DNA of 64,000 nucleotides, from positions 32,001-96,000 of IMG/VR virus record IMGVR_UViG_3300008952_000015; one strand, 5' to 3'. This document shows, piece by piece, positions 10,620-20,100 of the stretch. The notes under the pieces were generated by a model. It saw nothing but the letters and a program-made list of their open reading frames with translations. It searched no databases and was not told the DNA's origin. A program made the position numbers and the translations under genes. The DNA is from a virus. Position 1 is the stretch's first letter. Each line of letters starts with the position of its first letter.

Positions 10620-11785
10620 GCTTCTCCCATTATAATCTTAGCTTCCTTTAAAAGCTCTTCTCGATACTTCCCTTCTATCTCCTGAGACTCAAGAAACGCT
10701 TTAAGCATGGAGAAGTCATCTTTATGATCTAAAATAGTATTATCTCTAACTATCCTTTTGGACGTAGCCTCTATGATAATTTTAGACACATGAAATGCGC
10801 CTAACCTATAAAGCTCGGTTTGAATATATTGTTTATCTAAGGCTGGCAGGACCTTTTCGTCAACTGTTAGTTTCAGCCTTATTATCTTGCCCTCCATATC
10901 CTCTTCGTCAAGAGCCTTCTTTAAGCGATCCGCTACATTAGAAAAGTCAGAGCCAGACAGGTCTAGGGACTTATCCATAAGGCCTCGCACCTTTGATTTG
11001 CAGAACTTTATCTTCTTGTCGAAGATGCTGTAATCTATGAAGTACTTATCTACATTTGCATCACCAAAATTACTTCTCTCCATAGAACCGGAGTATATGC
11101 AAACAGGGGCTCTCTTCTGCAAGACGCGAAACTGATGAAGATGGCCCATTATCGCTATATCACACCCGTTAAACGATCCGGGGGCCGCCATGACCTCTGA
11201 GCCTCCATAGTCATTATAACTCCCTTCGAAAAAGAAATTATGTCCGACCGCCACAATCGGATTGTTATTATCTACTTTTGCGATAAGCTCTTCTATGTGG
11301 CTGTTGTAACCCGCCGTTCTTTCCCTTATATTTGATCCGGCATACATCCTTCTGTCTCTGTACGGGAAAAGCAACAGATTAACTTTTTCGTTCTTAGCAT
11401 TACAAACCTCTACTACTTCCGGCTCCAGAAGCATCCTTACGTTAGGATATTCAGATGCCGCCAATGAAGTGATGGAACTTGTAAACTCCTCCCCGCTCCG
11501 CTTATAATCGTGATTGCCCATGATTACAAACGTAGCTATATTTGCATTGGAAAGCCTTCTTAGTGCCTTATCCACTATCTTCATATGCTGAGGAGATGGC
11601 TCTCGATGCTCAAATAGATCTCCTGTTTGTACAAATATATCAGCTTTACTTTCAATCGTATAATCTATAATTGAATTTAAAGTAGATTCGTAATCATCAA
11701 TACGAGTATTCCCTCCATGACCGTTAGGTCTTCCAAGGCCAAATACCGCACCTATATGTGTGTCTCCACATATGACTGCTCTCAT
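10616..11785 (-). CDS. sbcD: SbcD/Mre11-like (T4 gp47-like) nuclease
   Basis: GDTH, GDLF, GNHD, GHLH and YSGS metallophosphoesterase motifs; adjacent to SbcC. Confidence 0.93.
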   Translation of the reverse strand: MRAVICGDTHIGAVFGLGRPNGHGGNTRIDDYESTLNSIIDYTIESKADIFVQTGDLFEHREPSPQHMKIVDKALRRLSNANIATFVIMGNHDYKRSGEEFTSSITSLAASEYPNVRMLLEPEVVEVCNAKNEKVNLLLFPYRDRRMYAGSNIRERTAGYNSHIEELIAKVDNNNPIVAVGHNFFFEGSYNDYGGSEVMAAPGSFNGCDIAIMGHLHQFRVLQKRAPVCIYSGSMERSNFGDANVDKYFIDYSIFDKKIKFCKSKVRGLMDKSLDLSGSDFSNVADRLKKALDEEDMEGKIIRLKLTVDEKVLPALDKQYIQTELYRLGAFHVSKIIIEATSKRIVRDNTILDHKDDFSMLKAFLESQEIEGKYREELLKEAKIIMGEA

Positions 11786-12315
11786 GAAAACCTCCTTTTT
11801 AACATTCCAAAGATCTTAGCCGATAATGCTTTCGATCTTTTTATATCATATCTATCAATTTTGATTATATACTCATCTGTCTTCTGCATAACTGCTTCTA
11901 TCCACCTTATGTCATCTGGATTTGCCTTCTGAGCATCTCTAAACATCTCGGATATATGCAGAAGTATAGTAAAGTTATTTTTTCTTCTTACCGTAGAAAC
12001 ATTTGATATCTTTTCTGGATCCACAAACTCAGACATCTCTGATAATGCTGTAGAAAAATCGCAACCAGTGCGTAAAATATAAAAGTCTATTACATTATTT
12101 GACGCACCACATCCAAAGCAGTAAAAATTATTATCTTCTCCGGCTATATAGAGCGATCCGGTTCGTTCCAAACCACTCTTATGTTCAGAAGAAGGACACT
12201 TGCACCTATGGGTAAAGTTTCCGCTGCACACCCGTTCCAAAGATATCGAAAACTTCTTCGCTAAATCCAGAATGGATACAGAATTTAAAATTTCTTCTTT
12301 AGAATATCTCTTCAT
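11782..12315 (-). CDS. Stand-alone CHC2 zinc-finger protein (DnaG Zn-binding-domain-like)
   Basis: CPSSEH...FYCFGCG..NVIDF...DFSTAL; no TOPRIM domain in 177 aa. Confidence 0.8.
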   Translation of the reverse strand: MKRYSKEEILNSVSILDLAKKFSISLERVCSGNFTHRCKCPSSEHKSGLERTGSLYIAGEDNNFYCFGCGASNNVIDFYILRTGCDFSTALSEMSEFVDPEKISNVSTVRRKNNFTILLHISEMFRDAQKANPDDIRWIEAVMQKTDEYIIKIDRYDIKRSKALSAKIFGMLKRRFS

Positions 12316-12387
12316 CTTCCCCTACTTCAGTGCTGCTCTTTGGCTGTTCTAAACTTTAATCACCGCCCCGTTACTGGCAATATTTAA

Positions 12388-13482
12388 TTAAAAAGAAAGC
12401 TTCTGCCAAAATGTTCGCCTAGGCTTCTCAAGAGGGTTGATTAACTCCAGTTCCGCCGAAACGTCACTTATATAGGGAGCCCTAAAGAGCGCTGGCTTCG
12501 ATATACTTCCATCAACATATAACCCTGTTCCTACGTCTGATATTTTTTCCGCGCCGTTTGAATCAAGAATAACCCTGCTATCTATAGCTGATGCAACCTT
12601 TAGAGCTATTCTTCCAGGGAAGTTTGCTTTAATTAAACCAGATATTACTCGGCAGGAAGGTCTTTGCGTTGCTAGAATTATAGAAATGCCAGCAGCCCTG
12701 CCTTTCTGGGCCACCAAGCACAATGGTTTCTGAATATCTTTGTCTTGTAAAACTAAGTCTGCCCACTCATCTACCACTATTACTACCGGCCTCATTCGCT
12801 TTTCCGGAGAAACTCTCTCATTATATTCTGACGCACTTCTAACCTTGGCTTTGGAAAGATATGTAAATCGAGTTTCCATCAGACCTCTTACATCCTCTAT
12901 CAGAAGATGAGCATCTTCCACGGTATGAACTAAAGACTTTACTGAATCTAAATCAGAATACATACTGAACTCTACTGTCTTAGGGTCAATCAGATACAAG
13001 CAAGCGTCACACTTCAGCAAAGAAAGTATAAAGCTGTGTAATAACACGCTTTTGCCAGAGCCAGTTGTTCCTCCTACCAATAAATTTGGTATTCGATTTA
13101 GATCTACAAATAAAGGTTCGCCATGATGATCGGACCCTAATGCGATGGGAGAGTAAGAAGAGGCATCAAATGACCGCGCAACACTCTGAAAGGTAGGCGA
13201 CTCTAGCTCTGCCTTTTGCACTTCGATCCTATAAACCCCGTCCCTTAAGACGGGATAGCCGACAGGGTGTGCGTGACTCTCTATTGCCATACCAAGGTCA
13301 ACAAGCATTCTATCTAGTTTTGACGACCTCACCCCTGGCGATAACTTTATGTCATATACATCAAAAAACTTTTTATTTTCAAGCTTAACGTATTCAGCTT
13401 TTACTCCGAATGAATTCAGGAGGGAAAAGAATCTTTCCTCTTTATTCGGAGTAAATATATCAATCGTTTGTGGTCCTATCAT
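12388..13482 (-). CDS. FtsK/SpoIIIE-family ATPase (motor domain only)
   Basis: PNLLVGGTTGSGKS, IDPK, VVDEWADL, GRAAGI..ILATQRP, DSRVILD. Confidence 0.9.
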   Translation of the reverse strand: MIGPQTIDIFTPNKEERFFSLLNSFGVKAEYVKLENKKFFDVYDIKLSPGVRSSKLDRMLVDLGMAIESHAHPVGYPVLRDGVYRIEVQKAELESPTFQSVARSFDASSYSPIALGSDHHGEPLFVDLNRIPNLLVGGTTGSGKSVLLHSFILSLLKCDACLYLIDPKTVEFSMYSDLDSVKSLVHTVEDAHLLIEDVRGLMETRFTYLSKAKVRSASEYNERVSPEKRMRPVVIVVDEWADLVLQDKDIQKPLCLVAQKGRAAGISIILATQRPSCRVISGLIKANFPGRIALKVASAIDSRVILDSNGAEKISDVGTGLYVDGSISKPALFRAPYISDVSAELELINPLEKPRRTFWQKLSF

Positions 13483-13666
13483 TTATGCTCCTTAGGTCTT
13501 CAAGGGACTCCTGCAGCCCCTTCCTGTATCCTACAAGAGCAGTATATACACCGTTCGCCTCTGGTGCAACAGAAAATTTTCTGCAATCATCCTCAATGGC
13601 CCTGATTCTTTTAGATGCGCTAGAAATCTTGCTTAAAAGCATCTGAGTGACATCTTCTTTAAGCAT
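13460..13666 (-). CDS. Hypothetical protein
   Basis: Short ORF coupled to neighbours on both sides. Confidence 0.6.
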   Translation of the reverse strand: MLKEDVTQMLLSKISSASKRIRAIEDDCRKFSVAPEANGVYTALVGYRKGLQESLEDLRSINDRTTND

Positions 13667-14019
13667 TATCTCTTGCCTTGATTCTTCTTAAGTCTGCCTA
13701 TCTCTCTCTTAAGCTCACGAATCTCAACCTCCATCTTAATAGCCTCATCCTTAAGTTTTAATGTAGATCTCAAAGATAGAACTATCAGACCAAAAATACC
13801 CTCTCCTGGGTTTACCTCATCCAGCTGATCTGCTGCTACTAGCAATCTGTTTAAAATCGAAACCACATTATTGTGGTAAGCCGGAGACTGATTATCCGGA
13901 TGAATTTTATCTGAAAGAAGCTTCTTAAAATCGTTAAAAGCATTCTCAACAGATCCTTGGGCTTCTGTCTTCTTAGAATCCATATAACGATTATTCTTAG
14001 GAACCTTTACATCCGTCAT
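13666..14019 (-). CDS. Hypothetical protein with C-terminal coiled coil
   Basis: ORF with AGGAGG RBS; heptad-like C-terminus. Confidence 0.7.
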   Translation of the reverse strand: MTDVKVPKNNRYMDSKKTEAQGSVENAFNDFKKLLSDKIHPDNQSPAYHNNVVSILNRLLVAADQLDEVNPGEGIFGLIVLSLRSTLKLKDEAIKMEVEIRELKREIGRLKKNQGKR

Positions 14020-14341
14020 AATAATCCTCCTTTAACATTATTATTATATATAAGCCACATCTTTTATGCATTTTTAAAAAACTCTGTATTTTATGAAGCA
14101 TATCATCATCTATGATACCAAATTGTCTGTATAAAAAATTAACTATATTTATGCATTTATTGTAATCGTAACAAGCAGAGTCAAATAACCCGCAGGCTTG
14201 GTCTAAAAAATTCTCAAGCTTTTCCCTGGATTCTGCTGGAGCCTTAGACAGGTCGACAATCGGATTTATGATTGAGCTGCAATATGCAAATCTTGCTGGA
14301 TCGGTTAGTCCATTGCACCCTAAGAGAATAAAGGCATCCAT
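13997..14341 (-). CDS. Hypothetical protein
   Basis: ORF with AAGGAGAG RBS. Confidence 0.7.
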   Translation of the reverse strand: MDAFILLGCNGLTDPARFAYCSSIINPIVDLSKAPAESREKLENFLDQACGLFDSACYDYNKCINIVNFLYRQFGIIDDDMLHKIQSFLKMHKRCGLYIIIMLKEDYYDGCKGS

Positions 14342-14405
14342 TAGCTCTCCTTTTAATCAGTAGTTTGAGATATGACAACAGTTTCTTTAAAAAAGCTTAA
14401 GGGAG

Positions 14406-17400
14406 TCATCCCGATTCATCGCCGGCAACATTTGAGATTATGATATTAGGCACCGCAGTATTCTGGTTGCCCATTACAATCTGCGATCCGGTGCCTGATG
14501 TATTATAAAGCTCAGGTTCATATAAATTTCCAAGAATATCATTAGCGACAAACTGATACGTCTGACTAACATCAAAAATCAAACTCTCTGATGCATCATA
14601 GTATTTGAAAAATAAAGTATCACCCTCGCTGTTACTACGCAACTGCATCTCATAAATAATGCTCCCCGCATACGGTCCAAAAGGAGCTATGAGCTGTGTT
14701 GCAACCCCCCTTACCTTGCCATCCTCATCAAATGCTGCAAACAGATCTCCTTCTTCGGCAAAGCCAGAACCCTCGTTCATTGAAGGATTCACTACCCCCA
14801 CCGCTATAGTTGCCGTAAGTTCATAAGCGCCTGGATCATCTTCCCAATTAGGAGTGCTATCAGGCGGTGTGCCATTTATTGTGAGGGTGACAGTAGCCAT
14901 ACTGCTATCTGACTCTCCATCATTAACCACAAGCCCATACTCATGAACTCCTGCGCCAAGCGACTCTCCTGATCCGATGCCTAAAAGAGGAGTGCTCAAA
15001 GAGCCGGGATTTAACAGCGTAGGGGTTCCGCTATCCGCTGGCACGCTATAAAAAGAATACGACACTATCTGATCTCCATCGGGGTCGCTTCCAAGTCCAT
15101 TTAAATAATATACAATACTGTCTGGATCCCCCGACATGACGGGCTCTCCGCCAGGTGCTCCTGCGCTAATATACAAAGAAGCAGTAGGCGTCTGATTGGC
15201 TTCAATTACTGTAACTTCCCTTTTCCCCTCATCTGCAGAGCCTCCCTGGGGGTCTTCGACATTATATGTAACTATATAAACCCCTGGGGTAGAAGTGTCT
15301 ACGTTATTGGTCGTAACAATGCGTTCAGTTATATCGTTACCTTCTCCGTCATCGGCTGTTGCTCCTTCATCCATATACGAATCATGTTGTGAAACCGAGA
15401 CAGAAGAGGCCCCTGTTATAGTTATAATTGGCCTCTCATTTATAGCTAACTCAGAAAATGCAGTAAATAACTTGTCGAAGGTTCCGCTTCCTGTTTCAAT
15501 ATCGGGAACCACCGTATATTCCACCTGCTCACTCGTCTTCCAAACCTTAAGTACCATTAGGTTGCCCTCGACAGCCCCTGCTGATATTGGGCCGCTAAAA
15601 TCTGAAAAGTCGTAAGACATAATTCCTACCACCTCAAGTTGATTTCCGGTCCAGACGCCAGACCCAACTAAGACCTCTCCATACTCTGGATTTGTATCAG
15701 TTGGGTACAGAACACCATTCCGATCAAAAAGTCCGACTTCATCTCCGGGCTCTAATAACGTTATTGAGTCCAAAAGTATTGCTAGCGAAGATACTCCTGT
15801 GTCGGCTATACTTACTACAAAGTGACTCGGCTGAGGTCTGGCTACAGCAATTGTCTTCACAGCAACTGCTCCTGTATTTATCCCATCACTAGCTGTCAGC
15901 TTAACCGTATAGTCCCCCTCGGCATCTGGAGTCAAAAAAGCCTCAACAGTACCTGAGGTGCCCGTCATCTCCTGCGCACCGACCGGCGTAAGCTCTGCTA
16001 AAGAGCCAGCGGGCTGGTCCGTCATAAGCCACTCATAAGTAATTGTATCATCATAATCTTGGTCCCATACAAATGCTGTAAAATGAATCTGATCTGATAT
16101 CACAGGACTGTCCGGATAAGACTGTATGTCTGCAATATTTACAGCGACATTCGCAGGCACCACAGTGACCTCTCTAGTTACTTCATCTGCTGCCTGTCCA
16201 TGACTGTCCGTTACATTGTATCTGACAGTATAGGTGCCAGGAGTGGTCGTATCAACTGGATTTAGCGTATCAATACTAGGGGTCAAATCACCGTCCTCAG
16301 AGTCTATGGCTGTAGCTCCAGCGTCAACGTAACTCACATCAGCACCTGCTATAATATCCGGAACATCTAAGGGGGGATTAGGCGTTATTACAGGCTTGTT
16401 ATTTGCCAAGCATCTAACGGTTCTAGAGGCAGTTGTTACGTTTCCAAAGCTGTCCGTAACGCTATATATAACTTGACTCTCACCTTCGGTCGATGTGTTA
16501 ACTGGCAGCCCCTCTATCATAATTTGATCAGAGGTGTATACCCCATCAACATCATCAACAGCATAAGCGCCCTTATCGTAATAAGGTGACTCGCCAGGTC
16601 CATGAAGAGCATCCTCTGCCGCTCCATATGTATCTCCCACCGTAATCTCAACTATTTGATCTCCGTATACAGTTATTATAGCAGGATCGTCAGGAATCAC
16701 ATCAACTATTCTAATTCCAATTTCTGAGTTTCCAACAGAGTCTGTTGCCGTATATATAACCTCGTTGCCTAAGCTTGAAGTTGATGTATCAATAGGCAAT
16801 CCGCTAATCATAATGTCAACGGAGCCGCCCTCTGGGTCAACAGCATAAGCGCCCATATCATAATCAGGGAGACCATTAAGGGCATCCTCCGCCTCTCCGT
16901 ACTCACCATAGCTAGGAGTTTGCCTAATAATCTTTGGATTATCACCCAAGACAACCACCTCTGGAGGCTGATTAGGCATACAGTATGTAGTATTTATTGC
17001 AGCAACACTATCTAGTTGACCATCATTTACTACCAAGCTTATCTCGTAAGTACCCTCTGCATCTGGAATAAAAACTCCTGTTGATGAGGAAAGATCATCT
17101 AAGCTTATGTAGGATCCTTGTGGCTGACTAACAAAACTCCATACATATTCTATGCTATCTCCATCTGGATCTGAAGAGCCGGTAGCATCAAGGGATACCT
17201 CGGTCCCAACAACTGTGTATGGATCAACAGTAAAAGATGCTATCGGGGCACTATTTGTATTTTCTATATAACAACTAAAATCTGCAGGAACGCTATATGC
17301 GTTATTAGCTCTAACTACTAATGAGACATCTAGATCTATATTTAGCATCTTTGCAAATATCCGATCGCTGGTATCTATTGTAAAGACCGGCTTGCTCATT

Positions 17401-20099
17401 ACTCCAAGCTCTTCTCCATTTATAAATAAAGTCCACATATATTCGTCTATGACATCACCATCGTGATCATAAGAGCCTCTTCCATCAAATGTAAGGACGG
17501 CTCCCATCTCAACAATCTCGCCATTATAAACGGGCGTATCTCCATTAAATACTTTAATATCGGCAATTGGAGGCATATCCATATTATCACAGGGACAATA
17601 ATTAGACATTATAAACCAATGATTGACTCTCGTCTTCATCTTATCGTTCTTATCCGTTATGCAGCAAACTTGAACTGTATTCTTTGGTGGCAAGATATAG
17701 CCTCGAAACAACGGCTCACCATCCAATGTATCCATGCTGTTATCGCTAACTATAGGAATCGGAACATAAAGCTGCCGATTATGAGTCACTTCCGGCAACG
17801 GCCTATATTGCGCATCTATATGCCCGCCTCCTGTCGTATAACTAGTATTAGTTGTAGCATAAAGGGCTCCATTCGTATCGAGTGAATCAGCTGATGCGTT
17901 AAGTCCAAACGAGTCAACTGATGCGCTCACATTAGAAATATAGGTGTTGGTCGAAGCATAAAACATTCTATTTGAGCCAAGAGAATCTACTGATACATTT
18001 ACTGAGTCGAGAGTCGCAACCTTATATATCCCCTCCGAATCAAACGCGTCAGTTGCATCACTAAACACCCTGATATCGCCGGTTGTTCGAAAGAATGTAT
18101 CTTTAATATTAAGCGAATCAACCGATGCTTCCATAAGTTCAAAAGTATACTCATCTTCGCTATAGACCGCCATAGCAGGCGTCACATGATGGTAGGCATT
18201 CGTGCTATAACTCGCAGCCGTACTACGGGTCTTTATGCCTGCATTTGAAACCTTGCCCAAATAAATAGACATATTTTTTATCCAAAAATTATCTCCAGTT
18301 TCAAACTCACCGAGCTGCGGATTCCCTTCCGGCGTATCTAATGTTGCGTTGGTCGTTGCTCCATCTGATGTTGCGTTGGTCGTTGCTCCATCTGACGTAT
18401 AATAAGGGCCTGGATCAGGAGGAACGGGAGGTGTCGGTTCCTCTCCTAAGGTCGGATCACGCCAGTCAGGTAATGGGGGGAAGTGAGGAATCACTACTCT
18501 GCTGCGACCATCCCAAACTCCTGCAACAATTATCATCGCCCCTATGTCTTCTGTATCAAGAACAATATCTCCACCATCTTGGGGCCAGGTTTTTATCCTT
18601 GGCTCCACAGGGTGCTTTCTTGGAGGCTCATGAAATAAATCTCCAGTCTTTTCGTCCCAAACAACATTTGCTCCAGTACCGCGAGGCAAATCATTTATTC
18701 TTACCGGCGGAACTCCCGAAGTATCCTTTACATGTAACTTTCTCTTGGGCTCTCCGGCATTACTTGAAACTCCGATACCAAGATTTAATTTAGAATCTAT
18801 TCTTATTGAGTCATCACCAGAAAACTGCCCGCCCTTATTATATTGAATAGACCCAGGAGGTTGGGAGGGCTCGCCTCCCTTTCCAAGCTTTACTATCTTT
18901 CCATCTTTATCCTTATAGTATAGCTTATTTTCCTCTAAGGCAGCACCATTCTCATCTACACTTCCTGCTATGGCTACAAATATAGCTCCCTTGCCTGGGC
19001 CAGTAGGCACCCCTGGCTGATGCTGGTCGGCATCGCCATTGGGGTTAACCTCTGAAAAAATAATTCCGATAGGATCTATACAGCCCGTTACGTCAATGTC
19101 TCCATCAAAAAAGGCAACCATATCATTAACCGGACATCCACTTGGCGATGCAAGTTGTGGCTCTCCATATAGCTTTACTTTGCCTCCACAGAAGCTACTG
19201 TCTCCTCCTACAACCTCGAACCTGTTAGTTGGAGTCTCTGTTCCTATACCAACGTTACCATCACTTTTTATAATAACTCTTGTGTGAGTGCTCCAGTTTA
19301 TACCACCGGGTCCAGAAGGCCTTGTTACGAGTCTCAACTCAGATGATACATCACCATCCGAAGGAATCCCGTCTACTCTAAACTGAATGCCCCCAGCTTT
19401 CCCATAACTATCTCCATCCCAGCCTCTCGCAACTATTGTCCCTAAATAGTCACCGTCCTGTACGGTGTCTCCTGATCTTGACTTATCAAAGTATGCGTCT
19501 GGGCCGTAAATCGATTCATCAGACTCTCTTAGTATCAGAGTATCAGTGTTATCATAAGAGCCGATGGCCAGCTTTGCGTCTGGAGAAGAAACCCCTATGC
19601 CTACTCTATGCTGATTGTAATCAAAGACAAAAGTTGGGCTCCCTCCGAGATGCCCTCCCTCGTTGTATTGAACATGGGTATCATCCCCACCAATCATCGT
19701 TGAGAGGTCTAAGTAATAACACTTCTCTCCTGTATCAGGATCAACGTCATACACGGGAATAGCAAACCCCTCCCCATGGGGTCCATATTGATCTTCAGGG
19801 TAACATTGTATATTATCTTTATTTACAGCCGGTGTAGTTCCACCGGTTCCGCCTAAATTAGCATGAGAAAGCGTTCCTCTAACATGCGCACCTTGTGTTA
19901 AAAGTACCTTAGACGCATGACCGTCTGCATGATCACCATCATGAATGTGGCCTGCCACAAGTGGGTGGTATTGATCTTCCGCATAAAGAGATAAGTTATG
20001 GGCATACTCTCCCCCATAGAGAGCATTCATAACATCAGCTGTAACAACAGTTACGGCCGATGTATATCTGGTAAGCTTTTTGTTGCTATCAGTTGCCAT
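14406..20099 (-). CDS. Large fibre/adhesin-like virion protein with PKD and Ig-like repeats (1897 aa)
   Basis: VGIG..P fibre repeats; PKD-like SSDPDGD..Y.W; repeated Ig-like DAGATAID.EDG.LT...VDT..PG.Y.V.Y.V.D; N-terminus paralogous to the neighbouring gene. Confidence 0.75.
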   Translation of the reverse strand: MATDSNKKLTRYTSAVTVVTADVMNALYGGEYAHNLSLYAEDQYHPLVAGHIHDGDHADGHASKVLLTQGAHVRGTLSHANLGGTGGTTPAVNKDNIQCYPEDQYGPHGEGFAIPVYDVDPDTGEKCYYLDLSTMIGGDDTHVQYNEGGHLGGSPTFVFDYNQHRVGIGVSSPDAKLAIGSYDNTDTLILRESDESIYGPDAYFDKSRSGDTVQDGDYLGTIVARGWDGDSYGKAGGIQFRVDGIPSDGDVSSELRLVTRPSGPGGINWSTHTRVIIKSDGNVGIGTETPTNRFEVVGGDSSFCGGKVKLYGEPQLASPSGCPVNDMVAFFDGDIDVTGCIDPIGIIFSEVNPNGDADQHQPGVPTGPGKGAIFVAIAGSVDENGAALEENKLYYKDKDGKIVKLGKGGEPSQPPGSIQYNKGGQFSGDDSIRIDSKLNLGIGVSSNAGEPKRKLHVKDTSGVPPVRINDLPRGTGANVVWDEKTGDLFHEPPRKHPVEPRIKTWPQDGGDIVLDTEDIGAMIIVAGVWDGRSRVVIPHFPPLPDWRDPTLGEEPTPPVPPDPGPYYTSDGATTNATSDGATTNATLDTPEGNPQLGEFETGDNFWIKNMSIYLGKVSNAGIKTRSTAASYSTNAYHHVTPAMAVYSEDEYTFELMEASVDSLNIKDTFFRTTGDIRVFSDATDAFDSEGIYKVATLDSVNVSVDSLGSNRMFYASTNTYISNVSASVDSFGLNASADSLDTNGALYATTNTSYTTGGGHIDAQYRPLPEVTHNRQLYVPIPIVSDNSMDTLDGEPLFRGYILPPKNTVQVCCITDKNDKMKTRVNHWFIMSNYCPCDNMDMPPIADIKVFNGDTPVYNGEIVEMGAVLTFDGRGSYDHDGDVIDEYMWTLFINGEELGVMSKPVFTIDTSDRIFAKMLNIDLDVSLVVRANNAYSVPADFSCYIENTNSAPIASFTVDPYTVVGTEVSLDATGSSDPDGDSIEYVWSFVSQPQGSYISLDDLSSSTGVFIPDAEGTYEISLVVNDGQLDSVAAINTTYCMPNQPPEVVVLGDNPKIIRQTPSYGEYGEAEDALNGLPDYDMGAYAVDPEGGSVDIMISGLPIDTSTSSLGNEVIYTATDSVGNSEIGIRIVDVIPDDPAIITVYGDQIVEITVGDTYGAAEDALHGPGESPYYDKGAYAVDDVDGVYTSDQIMIEGLPVNTSTEGESQVIYSVTDSFGNVTTASRTVRCLANNKPVITPNPPLDVPDIIAGADVSYVDAGATAIDSEDGDLTPSIDTLNPVDTTTPGTYTVRYNVTDSHGQAADEVTREVTVVPANVAVNIADIQSYPDSPVISDQIHFTAFVWDQDYDDTITYEWLMTDQPAGSLAELTPVGAQEMTGTSGTVEAFLTPDAEGDYTVKLTASDGINTGAVAVKTIAVARPQPSHFVVSIADTGVSSLAILLDSITLLEPGDEVGLFDRNGVLYPTDTNPEYGEVLVGSGVWTGNQLEVVGIMSYDFSDFSGPISAGAVEGNLMVLKVWKTSEQVEYTVVPDIETGSGTFDKLFTAFSELAINERPIITITGASSVSVSQHDSYMDEGATADDGEGNDITERIVTTNNVDTSTPGVYIVTYNVEDPQGGSADEGKREVTVIEANQTPTASLYISAGAPGGEPVMSGDPDSIVYYLNGLGSDPDGDQIVSYSFYSVPADSGTPTLLNPGSLSTPLLGIGSGESLGAGVHEYGLVVNDGESDSSMATVTLTINGTPPDSTPNWEDDPGAYELTATIAVGVVNPSMNEGSGFAEEGDLFAAFDEDGKVRGVATQLIAPFGPYAGSIIYEMQLRSNSEGDTLFFKYYDASESLIFDVSQTYQFVANDILGNLYEPELYNTSGTGSQIVMGNQNTAVPNIIISNVAGDESG
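18341..18395. repeat. 27-bp perfect tandem duplication (SDGATTNAT x2)
   Basis: atgttgcgttggtcgttgctccatctg repeated twice, in frame. Confidence 0.9.
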
Positions 20100-20100
20100 C

